In this document: piece by piece, positions 38,725 to 52,319 of the stretch
Numbering within the stretch: position 1 is the first letter of the stretch
How the letters are laid out: each line of letters opens with the position of its first letter
Origin: Eledone cirrhosa
Taxonomy: Eukaryota
Length of the DNA: 64,000 nucleotides
Reading direction: 5' to 3'
NCBI GenBank assembly: GCA_964016885.1
Contig: OZ024756.1
Span: 44,082,001-44,146,000, forward strand
Made by a program: the position numbers and the translations under genes
The notes under the pieces: model-generated
What the model saw: only the letters and a program-made list of their open reading frames with translations
Told to the model about the DNA's origin: nothing
Databases searched by the model: none

Positions 38725-40653
38725 ATCATCATCATCATCAGGTTTAGCGTCCGTGTTCCACGCTTGCATGGGTTTGGACGGGGGTTTTCCCACTTGAGGC
38801 AAGAGTGGTTGTCTTGCTCGCATAGGACTGTCTGGCGGGTTTTCTACAGTTGGATGCCCTTCCCAACACCAACCACATTTACAGTGTGGGGCTGGGAGGT
38901 TTTTACCGTGTTGCCTACACGGCCACATTACAGCGTGGACTGTCTGGCGGGTTTTCTACAGCTGGATGCCCTTCCTAACACCAACCACATTTACAGTGTG
39001 GGGCTGGGAGGTTTTTACCGTGTTGCCTACACGGCCACATTTACAGCGTGGACTGTGTGTTTTTTGTCGTGACACCTACACGATCTCATTTGTTTCGGCC
39101 TGGATGTTGTGGGACCAACATAACTTTACATTGAAAGGGGCTGTGTGGAGGGACGGGGGTGTGTTTTGATAGAGGTGCCTACTGACTGTAGTAGGTTTTT
39201 ACTTTGTATTTAGGTAAGGCGGGTCTTCTCTATTACTGAGTACCGCCAAAGGTCTCGGTCCAGTGACATTGTCTTGGAGAGGTGTAAGCGTGTGAGGTCG
39301 GAATTTATCAGCTCGTCCCATGTTTTTCTGGGTCTGCCTACTCCGTGGCTACCGTCTATCTTTATTGCCCTGCACTTTGTTATACAGCTGTCGTCTTTCA
39401 TGCGCATCACGTGACCGTACCAACGTAGCCTTCTCTCGAGTAAACAACATCTGATCCCTCTTATTTCTAATTTTTTCCTTAGTTCGTTTATGCTTTGCCG
39501 TTCACGTATATTACTATTGCACATCCAGCGGAGCATGCAAGCTTCGTTCCTCTCTAGTCTGCGTATATCCTCTGCACACAATGCCCAGGTCTCACTGCCA
39601 TGCAGCATTGCTGTTCGTATGCAGGCATCGTATAACCTGCCTTTCATTTTTAGGGAGAACCCTCTAGCGGCTAATAGTGGTATAAGCTCTCTGAACTTTT
39701 TCCATCCAGTTCTGACTCTAGCTACTGTACTTTCAGAGCACCCTCCCCCACTGCTGATTTTGTCACCCAGATAACGGAAGCTGTCCACTATTTCTATAGA
39801 ACCCTCTGCGCAGTTGAAGGAGCTAGTATTTTGTGGGCACTTGCTGCTACTTATTGCACCAGAGCACCGGCCACATGTAAAATCTATGTTCTTAGTTAGC
39901 TTACCTGTGATCCCACTACATCTTTTATGCACCCATACTTTGCATTTGGGACATAAAATGGAGTTTCTACCTACGCCTTTCCTACACACTGAGCATGGCC
40001 ATTTCCCCGATGGGACCGCCGCCTTATTTTCTTTCCTACAAACTAGAACTTTAGTCTTAGCCAGGTTAATTTTAAGGCCTTTTGATTCTAGGCCGTGCTT
40101 CCACGTTTGGAATTTCTTCTCTAGTTCGGTCATTGATTCAGCTATGAGCGTTAGATCATCTGCGTATAGGAGTTCCCATGGGCAGCCGGTCTTGAACTCC
40201 TCTGTTATAGCCTGAAGGGCAATAATAAATAGTAGGGGGCTAAGTACAGAGCCCTGATGGACACCAACTTTTACGCTAAACTCTTCACTATATTCGTTGT
40301 TAATTCTAACCTTACTGACTGTTTCTTTATACATGGCTTGTATAGCTCTCACAAGCCATTCGTCAACACCTAGTTTTCTAAGAGACCACCAGATAATGGA
40401 ACGGGGGACTCTGTCGAAGGCTTTCTCCAAGTCGACAAAAGCTAAGTATAGGGGTTTACTTTTAGCTAGGTACTTCTCCTGTAGTTGTCGTACAATGAAA
40501 AGAGCGTCTGTGGTACTTTTGCCTGACACAAACCCGAACTGCATTTCATCTAGATCAATTCTCTCTCTGATTAGTTGCGCTATTACTTTTTCCGTGACCT
40601 TCATGACCTGGTCGATTAATTTAATGCCTCTATAGTTACTCCTATCTAGGGCA

Positions 40654-40657
<4 letters not shown>
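38725..40657 (-). mobile_element. 5'-truncated RTE-clade LINE (family A) with uninterrupted RT to C-terminus frame
   Basis: ORF 39210-40604: QFGF, FVDLEKAFDRV, GVHQGSVLSPLLF, LYADD, PHD finger, FRYLG, ERRLRWYGHV, GRPRKTW. The 3' UTR carries a ~112-bp tandem duplication; (tga)n tail; 5' end abuts (TA)n. Confidence 0.96.
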
Positions 40658-40704
<47 letters not shown>

Positions 40705-41288
40705 CATACATACAGAGAGAGAGAGGGGGGGAGACAGAGCTAGAGCTAGATAGAAAGAGAAAAAGGGGAATATCATACTTTGCCAACATCCCTATCTCTG
40801 CAGAAGAAATGTCAATAGATGGAATTAATGATATAATTTGACCACACCTTATATGGTAGTGGATGAAATAATTATGGTAGATTCTTGCATAGTAATTTAG
40901 AGATTATCCAAGTAATTAGTAAATAAAAACTCCCATAAACTATTTCATACCAAACTGCCTGAAACTGGTTTAATTCTACAAAAGGTTAAGTAATGCTCCA
41001 AATATTAAAGTTTGTGTAGGGGTTTCATTCGTGGCGAGTTGATTTGTTGAGTATGTTGCTTCATTTCACAGTTCTTCACAATAGGACCCCAGTCACCTAT
41101 AATGAAAATACCCAAGAAACCTCATAAGAAGCCAAATTTACCTGAACAGGGGTGAGCTGTAAATTTTATTTCATTTTTTTTTTTTAGGTTAGGGGTTCCT
41201 TTGGGCAGTAAAATACATAAAGGGAGTGTTCTGCACATGAAATACAAATACAAATACAGGGGCCACTCCATTCCCTTCGAAATATACA

Positions 41289-41359
41289 CCCTTTAGCAAT
41301 TAAAATACAATAGTATGAAAATACAATAGTATATATAGAGTAATGTAAATGCTAAAGGG
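41289..41359. mobile_element. 71-bp mini piggyBac-like MITE (family 1 ends)
   Basis: CCCTTTAGCAATTA ... TAAATGCTAAAGGG|TTAA, the same TIR as 532-729. Confidence 0.6.
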
Positions 41360-41640
41360 TTAAATGACAATAATTGAATTGTTTGAGTTAGAAACAAGAC
41401 TAATGGTTAAATGTGGGTACATTTCTTGGAGGGGACACATCCATATGGTAATATGATTTGAACATTCTTCAATCAACAGAGATTAATGTAAAGAAGAGGA
41501 CATGCCTCATACTTTCACCATTTCACTTCAAATACTAGATTCATTTCAACAGACATCAATATAGTTCAATATTCTTCCATCAATTGATATTATTGGATTT
41601 ATTGATTTAGATTTTAGCTATTACAAGAGTTTTTGTCTTT

Positions 41641-41759
41641 TTAGCTGTTGAAACGGTCGGAGCTCAGCCATCTTTTCCTATTACCCACTCTACTACCCTA
41701 AGCATTGAGTACTCTGGTGCCTTATGGTCCACCTGGTTACTTACCATATTTCCTTTGTT
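41641..41759 (+). mobile_element. dispersed repeat, probable Penelope-like fragment (second copy 8942-9070)
   Basis: Shares cactctactaccctaagYattgagtactctggtgc..tatggtcca..tggtt..ttacca..tttcctttgtt with 8942-9070; starts with GAAACGGTC-GGAG, resembling a hammerhead 3' half. Confidence 0.5.
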
Positions 41760-41979
41760 ATATATATATATACACACATACAACCCTTGCTAGCAGGGAA
41801 AACATATGTTACATGATTATATATAGAAAGAGAGAGATGAAGTTGTAGGGAATATTTGCCATAAACCCGTTTACTCACAATTACTCACTCTATGAGATGT
41901 GGTTTCAAAGTGTATCGAGTAAAACTTGTCTCAGAGTGCTAACCAAGTGTACATTTGTAATATGGCATTTGCACCTTAT

Positions 41980-42039
<60 letters not shown>

Positions 42040-42121
42040 CCTCTTCTACTTCCCTTCCTCCTTAGCATCATAGTAATAAAACTGTTTTTTTGCATCTGTC
42101 ATTTCTTGAACTATATATAGG

Positions 42122-42155
<34 letters not shown>

Positions 42156-42482
42156 TCATCATCATCATAGATTTTCCATCAGCTTTTATTTATATATACA
42201 TCTTTTTATACAAGTATTTACAAATGAATGTAGATTTATATACACACATGCTGACATACACTTGGTCTAGCTGTATATACACACAACAGATAAATATGCA
42301 AATACACTTGATGTGTCTGCATATACATACACACATATACACTCGGTGTAGCTGTATATACATACACACATATACACTCGGTATAGCTGTATACACATAC
42401 AGACATACATAAAACGATATATACACACACACACACACAGATACATATGCAATATACACTTGGTGTAGATGTATGTATATAT

Positions 42483-42818
42483 GGAGGCACATGGCTTAGT
42501 GGTTAGAGCATTGGCCTTGCAATCGAAAGGTTGTGAGTTCAATTCTCAGACCGGGTGATGTGTTGTTTCCTTGAGCAAGACACTTTATTTCACATTGCTC
42601 CAGTTTACTCAGCTGTAGAAATGAGATGATAGGGACTTGGGTCCCTATCATTCCACTACAAAGTGGTCGTGATGGTGCCACGGCAAAAAAGCACCCAGCA
42701 CTCACTGTAAATGAGGTTGGTGTTAGGAAGGGCATCCAGCTGTAGAAATCAAGCCGGAATCAGTTCCCGTCCCACCCTTGCAAGCAGGGAAAAGCGGACG
42801 TAAAATGAAATGATGATG
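42483..42818 (+). mobile_element. tRNA-derived CORE-like SINE with RTE tail
   Basis: ggaggcacatggcttagtggttaga (A box), gagttcaattc (B box), ccttgagcaagacacttt, ggaagggcatccagctgtagaaa, (tga)n. Confidence 0.92.
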
Positions 42819-42993
42819 AAATGATGATATACACATATGCAGACACACAGAAATATATAGCCTGTGTAGATGTATGAATGTATACACACAGACACGCATA
42901 TATAAATATATATATATTCTATGTATATATATATATATTCTATGTATATATATATATTCTATGTGTATATATATATATATATATATATTCTTT

Positions 42994-43327
42994 GAAGGCA
43001 CATGGCTTAGTGGTTAGAGCATTGGCCTTGCAATCGAAAGGTTGTGAGTTCAATTCTCAGACCGGGTGATGTGTTGTTTCCTTGAGCAAGACACTTTATT
43101 TCACATTGCTCCAGTTTACTCACCTGTAGAAATGAGGTCCATATATGGGGTCCATATCATTCCACTGCAAAGTGGTCATGGAGGTGCCATGGCAAAAAAG
43201 AACCCAGTACTCAGTGTAAATGAGGTTGGTGTTATGAAGGGCATCCAGCTGTAGAAATCAAGCCAGAATCAGTTCCCGTCCCACCTTTGCAAGCAGGGAA
43301 AAGTGGACGTAAAATGATGATGATGAT
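42994..43327 (+). mobile_element. tRNA-derived CORE-like SINE with RTE tail
   Basis: Second full copy ~175 bp after the first. Confidence 0.92.
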
Positions 43328-43599
43328 ACATATATATATATTCTATATATATATGTATATATATAGAATATATATATATATATAGAATATATATATATAT
43401 TCTATATATATATATATATATATAGAATATATATATATATTCTATATATATATATTCTATGTATATATATATATATATATATATATTCTATGTATATATA
43501 TATATATATATTCTATGTATATATATATATATATTCTATGTATATATATATATATTCTATGTATATATATATATATATATATATATAGTGTAATATACG

Positions 43600-43689
43600 T
43601 AGTGGAAGGTAATATCCGTAGTGGTAGAGCACTCAGTCCATGGGAGGAGTTAGTAATGGACATAATTAACCACTTCGGATATTACCTTC

Positions 43690-43694
<5 letters not shown>
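43600..43694. repeat. 26-bp inverted repeat embedded in (TA)n
   Basis: tagtggaaggtaatatccgtagtggt ... accacttcggatattaccttccacta (25/26 match). Confidence 0.85.
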
Positions 43695-43736
<42 letters not shown>

Positions 43737-44499
43737 GACACATATATATATACACACACAGACACATATATATATATATACACACACACAGACACATATA
43801 TATATATATATACACACACAGACACATATATAGAAATATCTAGTCTATGGAAGAGTTTAATGGTGAGAATGATGTGAAAATCTGCTGACTCATCTGAGAG
43901 GAGCTGTAACTAAAACATCTCAAGAGGCAGTTACTGTTGCTGACACTGTACATAGGGGTGTGTATATAGGGGTGTATATATGTATAGGGGTCTGTGTATA
44001 TAGGGGGGGGGGTATATATAGGGCTGTGTGGGTATATATAGGTGAGTATGTATATATATATATATTTATGTAGGTGTGTGTGTATATATATATATAAAGG
44101 TCTCATGTCTGTGTGTGTATATGTCATGTCTGTGTGTGTGTGTGTATGTGTTGCTATGGTAATATTTAAAAGGACATAAGTGTAGTAGAGAGAGAGTGGG
44201 AGAGAAAGGAAGAAGGATAGAGGGAGAGAAAGGAAGAAGGATAGAGTGAAAGAGAGGAACAGATGATAAAACAAACGAAAAGAAATGAATGAAATGCAGA
44301 GAGAGAGAGGGGGGGGGGCAATTAACATGATGTCAATTATGTTTATTAGCAGACATCGATTTAAGAGGCAAAGAAGTAAATATTCACACAACATGGTGAC
44401 TAGTGAGACTTGTTAAACAACTTCAGCAAACCCTTCCACCATTTTTACATCTCAACTACAGTTTATCTCAACAGTGGCTCAAGTGGGAATAGCTGTGTT

Positions 44500-44554
<55 letters not shown>

Positions 44555-45125
44555 CTCTTACATGTATCTGTTCCCTCCTAATCCAAAATTTCTTGAAGGA
44601 CTTCTGTCCAAAACATTGAAACCTCCTCCACTTCCACCAAGTGTGAACCTAATATTACTGTGTACAATTTCCTCTTGTGTTTTGTTTGTTTCATTTATAT
44701 ATATATATATAATTGGTCATCTGAAACTCTGCTTCGAAAAATGGAGACATATCTGAGGATCTTGCGATTTCAGAGTCAGGTTTGATCATTGCATCGATCG
44801 TGCCTCGAGCTTGTCGCCAGAGAAACGTTTGTAATATGTCTAATAAATTTTAATTCGTCGCACCACTGATTCTCCATTTGTTATGTGATATATATATATA
44901 TATATAATAGTTTAGATGAGTTGATAACACAACCATATAAAGGCAATTAATACATCAAAGCTCAAATGTGATTTTATAGCCCACATCAAGATAAGTAAAA
45001 GATGGTTCAGAGTTTAATCCAATCACAGAAGTTCTACAATATTACAGATCATATACATATAAATGAATAAAACTAATTAGGATTAAATTAAATTAAATCA
45101 TTTAATTAATTGACCAGTGTGTGTG

Positions 45126-45178
<53 letters not shown>

Positions 45179-46481
45179 ATAGTGGTGGGAAAATGTGATG
45201 AAGACGTAGATACTTAAAGAGGTGGGAGGTGGTGAAAAGAAGGAGTAAGACTTGATTAAGAGATTAAGAGGTTTATTTACGTAATTAAAACACCTGCCTC
45301 AAGAACATCAATAGTACACACACACACACACACACCTGTAAATATAGTACACACACACGTACATATAGACACAAGAGGTATATATACAGAGATATATACA
45401 CAAGAGGTACATATACATATATATATATATATACATATATATACACATATATATACATATATATATGTAGATAAATCTACCAAGAGTTTGCGTATGCATG
45501 TGAGCATATATTTTTATGCATATCTGTGAACGATGTTACTTACATATATACACACACCTAACTGTATTTTCTTGATATATTTTTGTGTATTTCATTGGTC
45601 AATTTGAACTCTGTTCCCAAACAGACCTGTAATTTTGAATTGTTATTATCAATAAATATATTTCATTATTTATGAAGACGGCATATGTATGTGTTGGTAT
45701 GTATATTAAATTTGATAGTTTGTATAATTTTGTATAATTTTGTACATAGATCTGTTGAATATGCATGCCAATTCTAACACATATATGTCCTAGAAACGAT
45801 CGTTAAATAATGAACTTTTTTGTTTAATATAAGGAACTGTTTCATTGTTTTATTCATTATTTTTTTAATACTTTACATATATATATATACACATATATAT
45901 ACATATATATACATATATATATATACACATATATATATACACATATATATATATATACACATATATATATATATACACATATATATATATATATACACAT
46001 ATATATATATATATACACATATATATATATACACATATATATACACAAGAGGTATGATTCAAAATATGACAATCAGATTTTGTAATGTTTCCAAGACAGT
46101 TTCTGTGTATCTATTATATACACACAGTACTACATATACATGCATGTTTGTGTGTGTGTATATATATATAGAGAGATATAGATAGGTAAATATACACGGG
46201 TGTGTATAGAAGATTATATTAATAAGAGGAATTCCAACTTTGTCTGATTTACTCGTTTTATTTACAATCCTTTAAAATATATATAATGGTATTATAATGG
46301 AATAGTATGATAGAATATTAAATTCTAAGTGTTAATTGAACAACTACTTTCATGCTTTCGCAATCTTCAGGTCCATGATATGTGGTGACAGTCGAGTTTG
46401 CAATTTTCAACTATATATATAAACACACACCACTACCATCACTGTATATATATATATATATATATACATACATACATACAC

Positions 46482-46533
<52 letters not shown>

Positions 46534-46640
46534 GTGTGTCTGTGTGCATACAAAAACCTGTCATATGTACTTAAAACTAATTCAACATTTCCTTAACACA
46601 CACCACTACCACCACTGTATATATATATATACATATATAC

Positions 46641-46674
<34 letters not shown>

Positions 46675-46691
46675 ACACACCACAACCACCA

Positions 46692-46729
<38 letters not shown>

Positions 46730-47129
46730 ACACACCACTACCATCACTGTATATATATATACATACACATTTATATATATATATAAACACACACCACTAT
46801 ATATATACATATATATATACCACTTGTAAAATCTTATGTCAAAGGAAGTACAGCTGCGTTTGTGAACAACTAAACCTAAGAGAATATTTTAACTGAGCAA
46901 ATGTAAGAATGTTGTCAACAATTCTACTTCAACCCTTTGCAAACTTCTGGAAACTTCTCTAGATTTATGATTCAAACCTTAACTCTGCTTCAACAACACT
47001 GACAAGATATTAAACCACAGCAATATCTGTCCTATGCTGCTGTAATTCACAAACTACATATTAAATACCCACAATACACATTGACCACATCATCCAAAAC
47101 ACCCTACATCACATCACAACATAAAAGAA

Positions 47130-48085
47130 CATCTTAAGGGGCCTCACACCAGAACAACTAACACTAACCACAACACAAAATATCTTAAGGGGCTCCACAC
47201 CAGAACAACCAACACTAACCACAACACAACACATCTTAATCGGCCCCACACCAGAACAACCAACACTAACCACAACGCAACACATCTTAAGGGGCCCCAC
47301 ACCAGAACTAACACTAACCACAACATAAAACATCTTAAGGGGCTCCACACCAGAACAACCAACACTAACCACAACACAACATCTTAAGGGGCCCCACACC
47401 AGAACTAACACTAACCATAACACAAAACATCTTAAGGGGCTCCACACCAGAACAACCAACACTAACCACAACACAACACATCTTAAGGGGCCCCACACCA
47501 GAACTAACACTAACCATAACACAAAACATCTTAAGGGGCTCCACACCAGAACAACCAACACTAACCACAATGCAACACATCTTAAGGGGCCCCACACCAG
47601 AACTAACACTAACCACAACACAAAACATCTTAAGGGGCTCCACACCAGAACAACCAACACTAACCACAACGCAACACATCTTAAGGGGCCCCACACCAGA
47701 ACTAACACTAACCACAACACAAAACATCTTAAGGGGCTCCACACCAGAACAACCAACACTAACCACAACACAACACATCTTAAGGGGCCCCACACCAGAA
47801 CTAACACTAACCATAACACAAAACATCTTAAGGGGCTCCACACCAGAACAACCAACACTAACCACAACGCAACACATCTTAAGGGGCCCCACACCAGAAC
47901 TAACACTAACCACAACACAAAACATCTTAAGGGGCCCCACACCAGAACTAACACTAACCACAACACAAAACATCTTAAGGGGCTCCACACCAGAACAACC
48001 AACACTAACCACAACACAACACATCTTAAGGGGCCCCACACCAGAACTAACACTAACCACAACACAAAACATCTTAAGGGAACCA
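47130..48085. repeat. dimeric 48+51-bp (99-bp) minisatellite
   Basis: Alternating cttaaggggccccacaccagaacta... and cttaaggggctccacaccagaacaacca... monomers. Confidence 0.93.
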
Positions 48086-48392
48086 CACCACAATACAAAA
48101 GAACACCTTAAAGGACCCACACCCCAACAACCAACATTAACCATGGCACACTGCCCTACCTCACAACCATTTTTAAGATGGTAGAAGGTTTAATCACTGA
48201 AAAAGTTTGCTTCTATTTCAAGCAGGTCAAACAATTGTAACAACAGTTTATCTAAAACATTCAGTCTATGGATTATATCCAGTCTCTTGACCAACTACTA
48301 GAATATCCCCAAAACTTGCCCAGTTAGGGCTGACTAAGGCTATTCAACAACAAAACACAACACATCTCCAGAAGCTATCTATTTCTCATACA

Positions 48393-48702
48393 GTCATGTA
48401 GTCGTACAGATAGAAGTCATGTAGTCGTACAGATAGAAGTCATGTAGTCGTACAGATAGAAGTCATGTAGTCGTACAGATAGAAGTCATGTAGTCGTACA
48501 GATAGAAGTCATGTAGTCGTACAGATAGAAGTCATGTAGTCGTACAGATAGAAGTCATGTAGTCGTACAGATAGAAGTCATGTAGTCGTACAGATAGAAG
48601 TCATGTAGTCGTACAGATAGAAGTCATGTAGTCGTACAGATAGAAGTCATGTAGTCGTACAGATAGAAGTCATGTAGTCGTACAGATAGAAGTCATGTAG
48701 TC
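48393..48702. repeat. perfect 23-bp tandem repeat, ~13 copies
   Basis: Unit gtcatgtagtcgtacagatagaa, no spacers. Confidence 0.95.
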
Positions 48703-48959
48703 ATAGAAGACAGAAAAAAAACGAGAGAAATAGAAAAATAGAGAATAGTGAAGACAGGAGGAGAAAGGGAAAACATTTTATTGAATGTAGTTTCTTTGAA
48801 GGTAGAAAAGAGGAAAGAAGAGATAATTGGGTGGGGGTGAGGTGGTGTGGAGGTGAGATGGGGGTGTAGGTGGGGTGTTTAAATGAATGTTTGTTCCATT
48901 GTTGCTGAGACAAATAGTCATAGTTGCGCATCCATTGCAGAGATAATAACAATAACAAC

Positions 48960-49153
48960 AATAATAATTGTTTCTACTTTAGGCACAAGGCCAGCAATTA
49001 CCCAGTACATTACTGGTACTTTATTTTATCGACCCCGTAAGGATGAAAGGCAAAGTTAACCTCGGCGGGATTTGAACTCAGACTGTAAAGGGACGTAACT
49101 ATGCTAGAAAGCATGGCGTCCAACCCTCTATCGATACTGCCAATTCACCGCCC
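48960..49153 (-). mobile_element. tRNA-derived SINE, Meta/MESC-like family
   Basis: Near-identical to 8165-8370. Confidence 0.88.
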
Positions 49154-49312
49154 TTAATAATACAACAATAATAATAATGACTGGTGGTGGTGGGATGGGG
49201 GCAAGAAGAAGAAGAAAAATATTTAAAAAACAGAAGAGATCATGTTTTGGAGTCAAGGTTACTTTAGGATATGAAATAATGATGTAATTTAAGATAGAGT
49301 TATGTGTGTATG

Positions 49313-49346
<34 letters not shown>

Positions 49347-49600
49347 TACATATACATACATATATATATATGCCAAAGATTATATGATAAGAGGGAAAGG
49401 TATCCTTATTTTTTCACCATAGGAAGAGAGTTGTATATGTGAGAGAGGGAGAGAGAGAGATTGTATATATGAGAGAGAGATTGTATATATATGAGAGAGA
49501 GATGTGAAGGAGTATATATTTGTTAGACATTAAAAGGGTGTATATTTGGCAGAGATCATATAAAGAATGTATTTTTTAGCAGAGAGAGAAGGGTGAGTGG

Positions 49601-49986
<386 letters not shown>

Positions 49987-50723
49987 TCTATGATTCTATA
50001 TATATATTGGGAGAGAGGAGGGGGATTAAATGAGAATCTATATGTACACCTGTGAGATTGTGCTTTTGTGTGAATGCATATATAGAGAGAGATTGCAAAT
50101 AAGGAGTGGGAGTGTGTGTGTGCAATGATAGAGTGCTAGTAAGTGCATATGTCTGTGTGTGTGTGTGTGTGTGTCTGCTAATGCAATGATCAGTGACTAT
50201 ATGTGTATTCAACAATGTGTGTGTCATCCTGTGCTCAAGCAACTGATCAATGTGTGTGTGAGTGTGTGTTAGTGTTAGTGTGTGTCAGTGTTAGTGTGAT
50301 TGAGAGAAGCTGGAAAGAGGAGGAGGTAGAAGATGTGGAAAGGAGTGGAAGCTGCCTGAAGGAATCGATTGGATGCAAATAAAAGCTAGCAGTTGACTCA
50401 CATTCACTGCAGCAACATCGATCTGGGATTGTGACGACTGGGGTGGTGGGGTGTGTGTGCAGGGGGGGGGGTGACAAGGACGGCTGTGGTGGGGAGACTG
50501 GTGTGACAGTGGTGATGATAGCTGGTGTGGAAAAGAAGTGTGTGCATGTGTGAGTGTATCTGTCTATATGTATATATATATAGTGTGTGTATAAGTGCTT
50601 GTGTGACTAGGAAGAATGATGTATAACTGAGTATATAATAATAATAATGAAAATATTGTGTACAGTGCTCAGGTGCACTACAACTCATAGAAAGGGTGGT
50701 GTGTATATTACTAAGGAGAATGA

Positions 50724-50754
<31 letters not shown>

Positions 50755-50879
50755 GTATGTAGTATATAATTAGAAAGGAGGAGGTCCTTGCAATCAAGGA
50801 AAACAAATGTATGATGATGATGATATGTGACTAGAGAGATGTATGGATATTATATTATAATGTGTTTAGGTGTGAGATA

Positions 50880-51312
50880 GATAGGTGGGGTGATAGTTGA
50901 TAGATAGGTAGATGAGGTGATAGTGTGGTAGTTGATAGATAGGTAGATGAGGTGATAGTGTGGTAGTTGATAGATAGGTAGATGAGGTGATAGTGTGGTA
51001 GTTGATAGATAGGTAGATGAGGTGATAGTGTGGTAGTTGATAGATAGGTGGGGGTGGTAGTTGGTAGTTGATAGGTAGATAGATGTGATAGTATGGTAGT
51101 TGATAGGTAGATAGATGTGATAGTATGGTAGTTGATAGGTAGATAGATGTGATAGTATGGTAGATGTGATAGGTAGGTAGATGTGATAGGTAGGTAGATG
51201 TGATAGTATGGTAGTTGATAAGTAGGTAGATGTGATAGTATGGTAGTTGTTAGGTAGGTAGATGTGATAGTATGGTAGTTGTTAGGTAGGTAGATGTAAT
51301 AGTATGGTAGTT
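50880..51312. repeat. GATA/GGTA-based minisatellite
   Basis: Units gatagataggtagatgaggtgatagtgtggtagtt and shorter derivatives. Confidence 0.85.
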
Positions 51313-52279
51313 GCTATCAGCAATGGTAGGACTAGAAATAACTCCACAATTCCACTAATAAAACAATAAGAATCAAACAAAAAATCCTTTCTATACTCTC
51401 CCGCCCCCCTCTAACTCAACAGCGCATCTTTAACCCCTCCCCACACAACACTGTATTTCACATTCAACAACTAGATATGTATGTGTGTTTATGTGTGTGT
51501 ATATAAGCCTGTATATATATATATATATATATGTGTGTATATGTGTGTGTCCTTCCTTTCACTAATTTCTTCTCTCATATCAACATATCTCTCTCCCCTC
51601 CTTATGTTCAACAACATCCTCTCTACTTATATATTTACCAAATCTTACTTCATTCAACTAGATGTCTCTCTCCTTCCTCTCTTTCACTAATTTCTTCTCA
51701 TATCAACATCTCTCTCTCTCATCATCCCCTACTCAATCATTTACTAAGTCTACCTCATTCAATATTTTTACCCACACCCTAATTTTTTAAATTTCATATC
51801 AAATCACTTGCCTGTCTTTTTTTCTCATGCAACACAGCACTCCTCTCTTATTTATACTTATCTCTCTCTCTACCAAGCTAGCTACCAATCTATCTACCAA
51901 GCTAGCTACCAATCTATCTAACTAGCTAGGTATCAGACTATCAAGCTATTCAGCAAGCTAGCTATCAAACAATTTATCAATCAATCAATCTATTTTTCAT
52001 TGAACATCTATTTACAATTTGTAAAGATCCTTCATATTTAACACCATTCTACTATACAACAGGTTTTATTCATGAGCAAACATTATGAAGACTGCTTTTC
52101 ATACTACATCGTGTGTGTATATATATATATATATATAAAGAATGATTAATAAAACAGGTAGACATCATAAAAAGGTAATTTATTCCAGGTGTTTACAAAT
52201 GTTTCATTAGTAGTTACACAGCCTAGTCATGCTATATGCAAATTAGTAGTTATTAATTTGCAGATACTCAATATGCAGA

Positions 52280-52317
<38 letters not shown>

Positions 52318-52319
<2 letters not shown>

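Noticed and set aside
42483-42555. tRNA gene
   Set aside because: A/B boxes are present, but there is no proper acceptor stem or terminator, and it continues into a multi-copy SINE body.
48393-48702. 23-bp repeat (and the 36/37/48-bp arrays) as CRISPR
   Set aside because: Head-to-tail repeats with no unique spacers and no cas genes, in a eukaryotic context.
50395-50430. Minus-strand gtgagt donor with a nearby ATG as exon 1
   Set aside because: The ATG frame stops after four codons (ATG TTG CTG CAG TGA).
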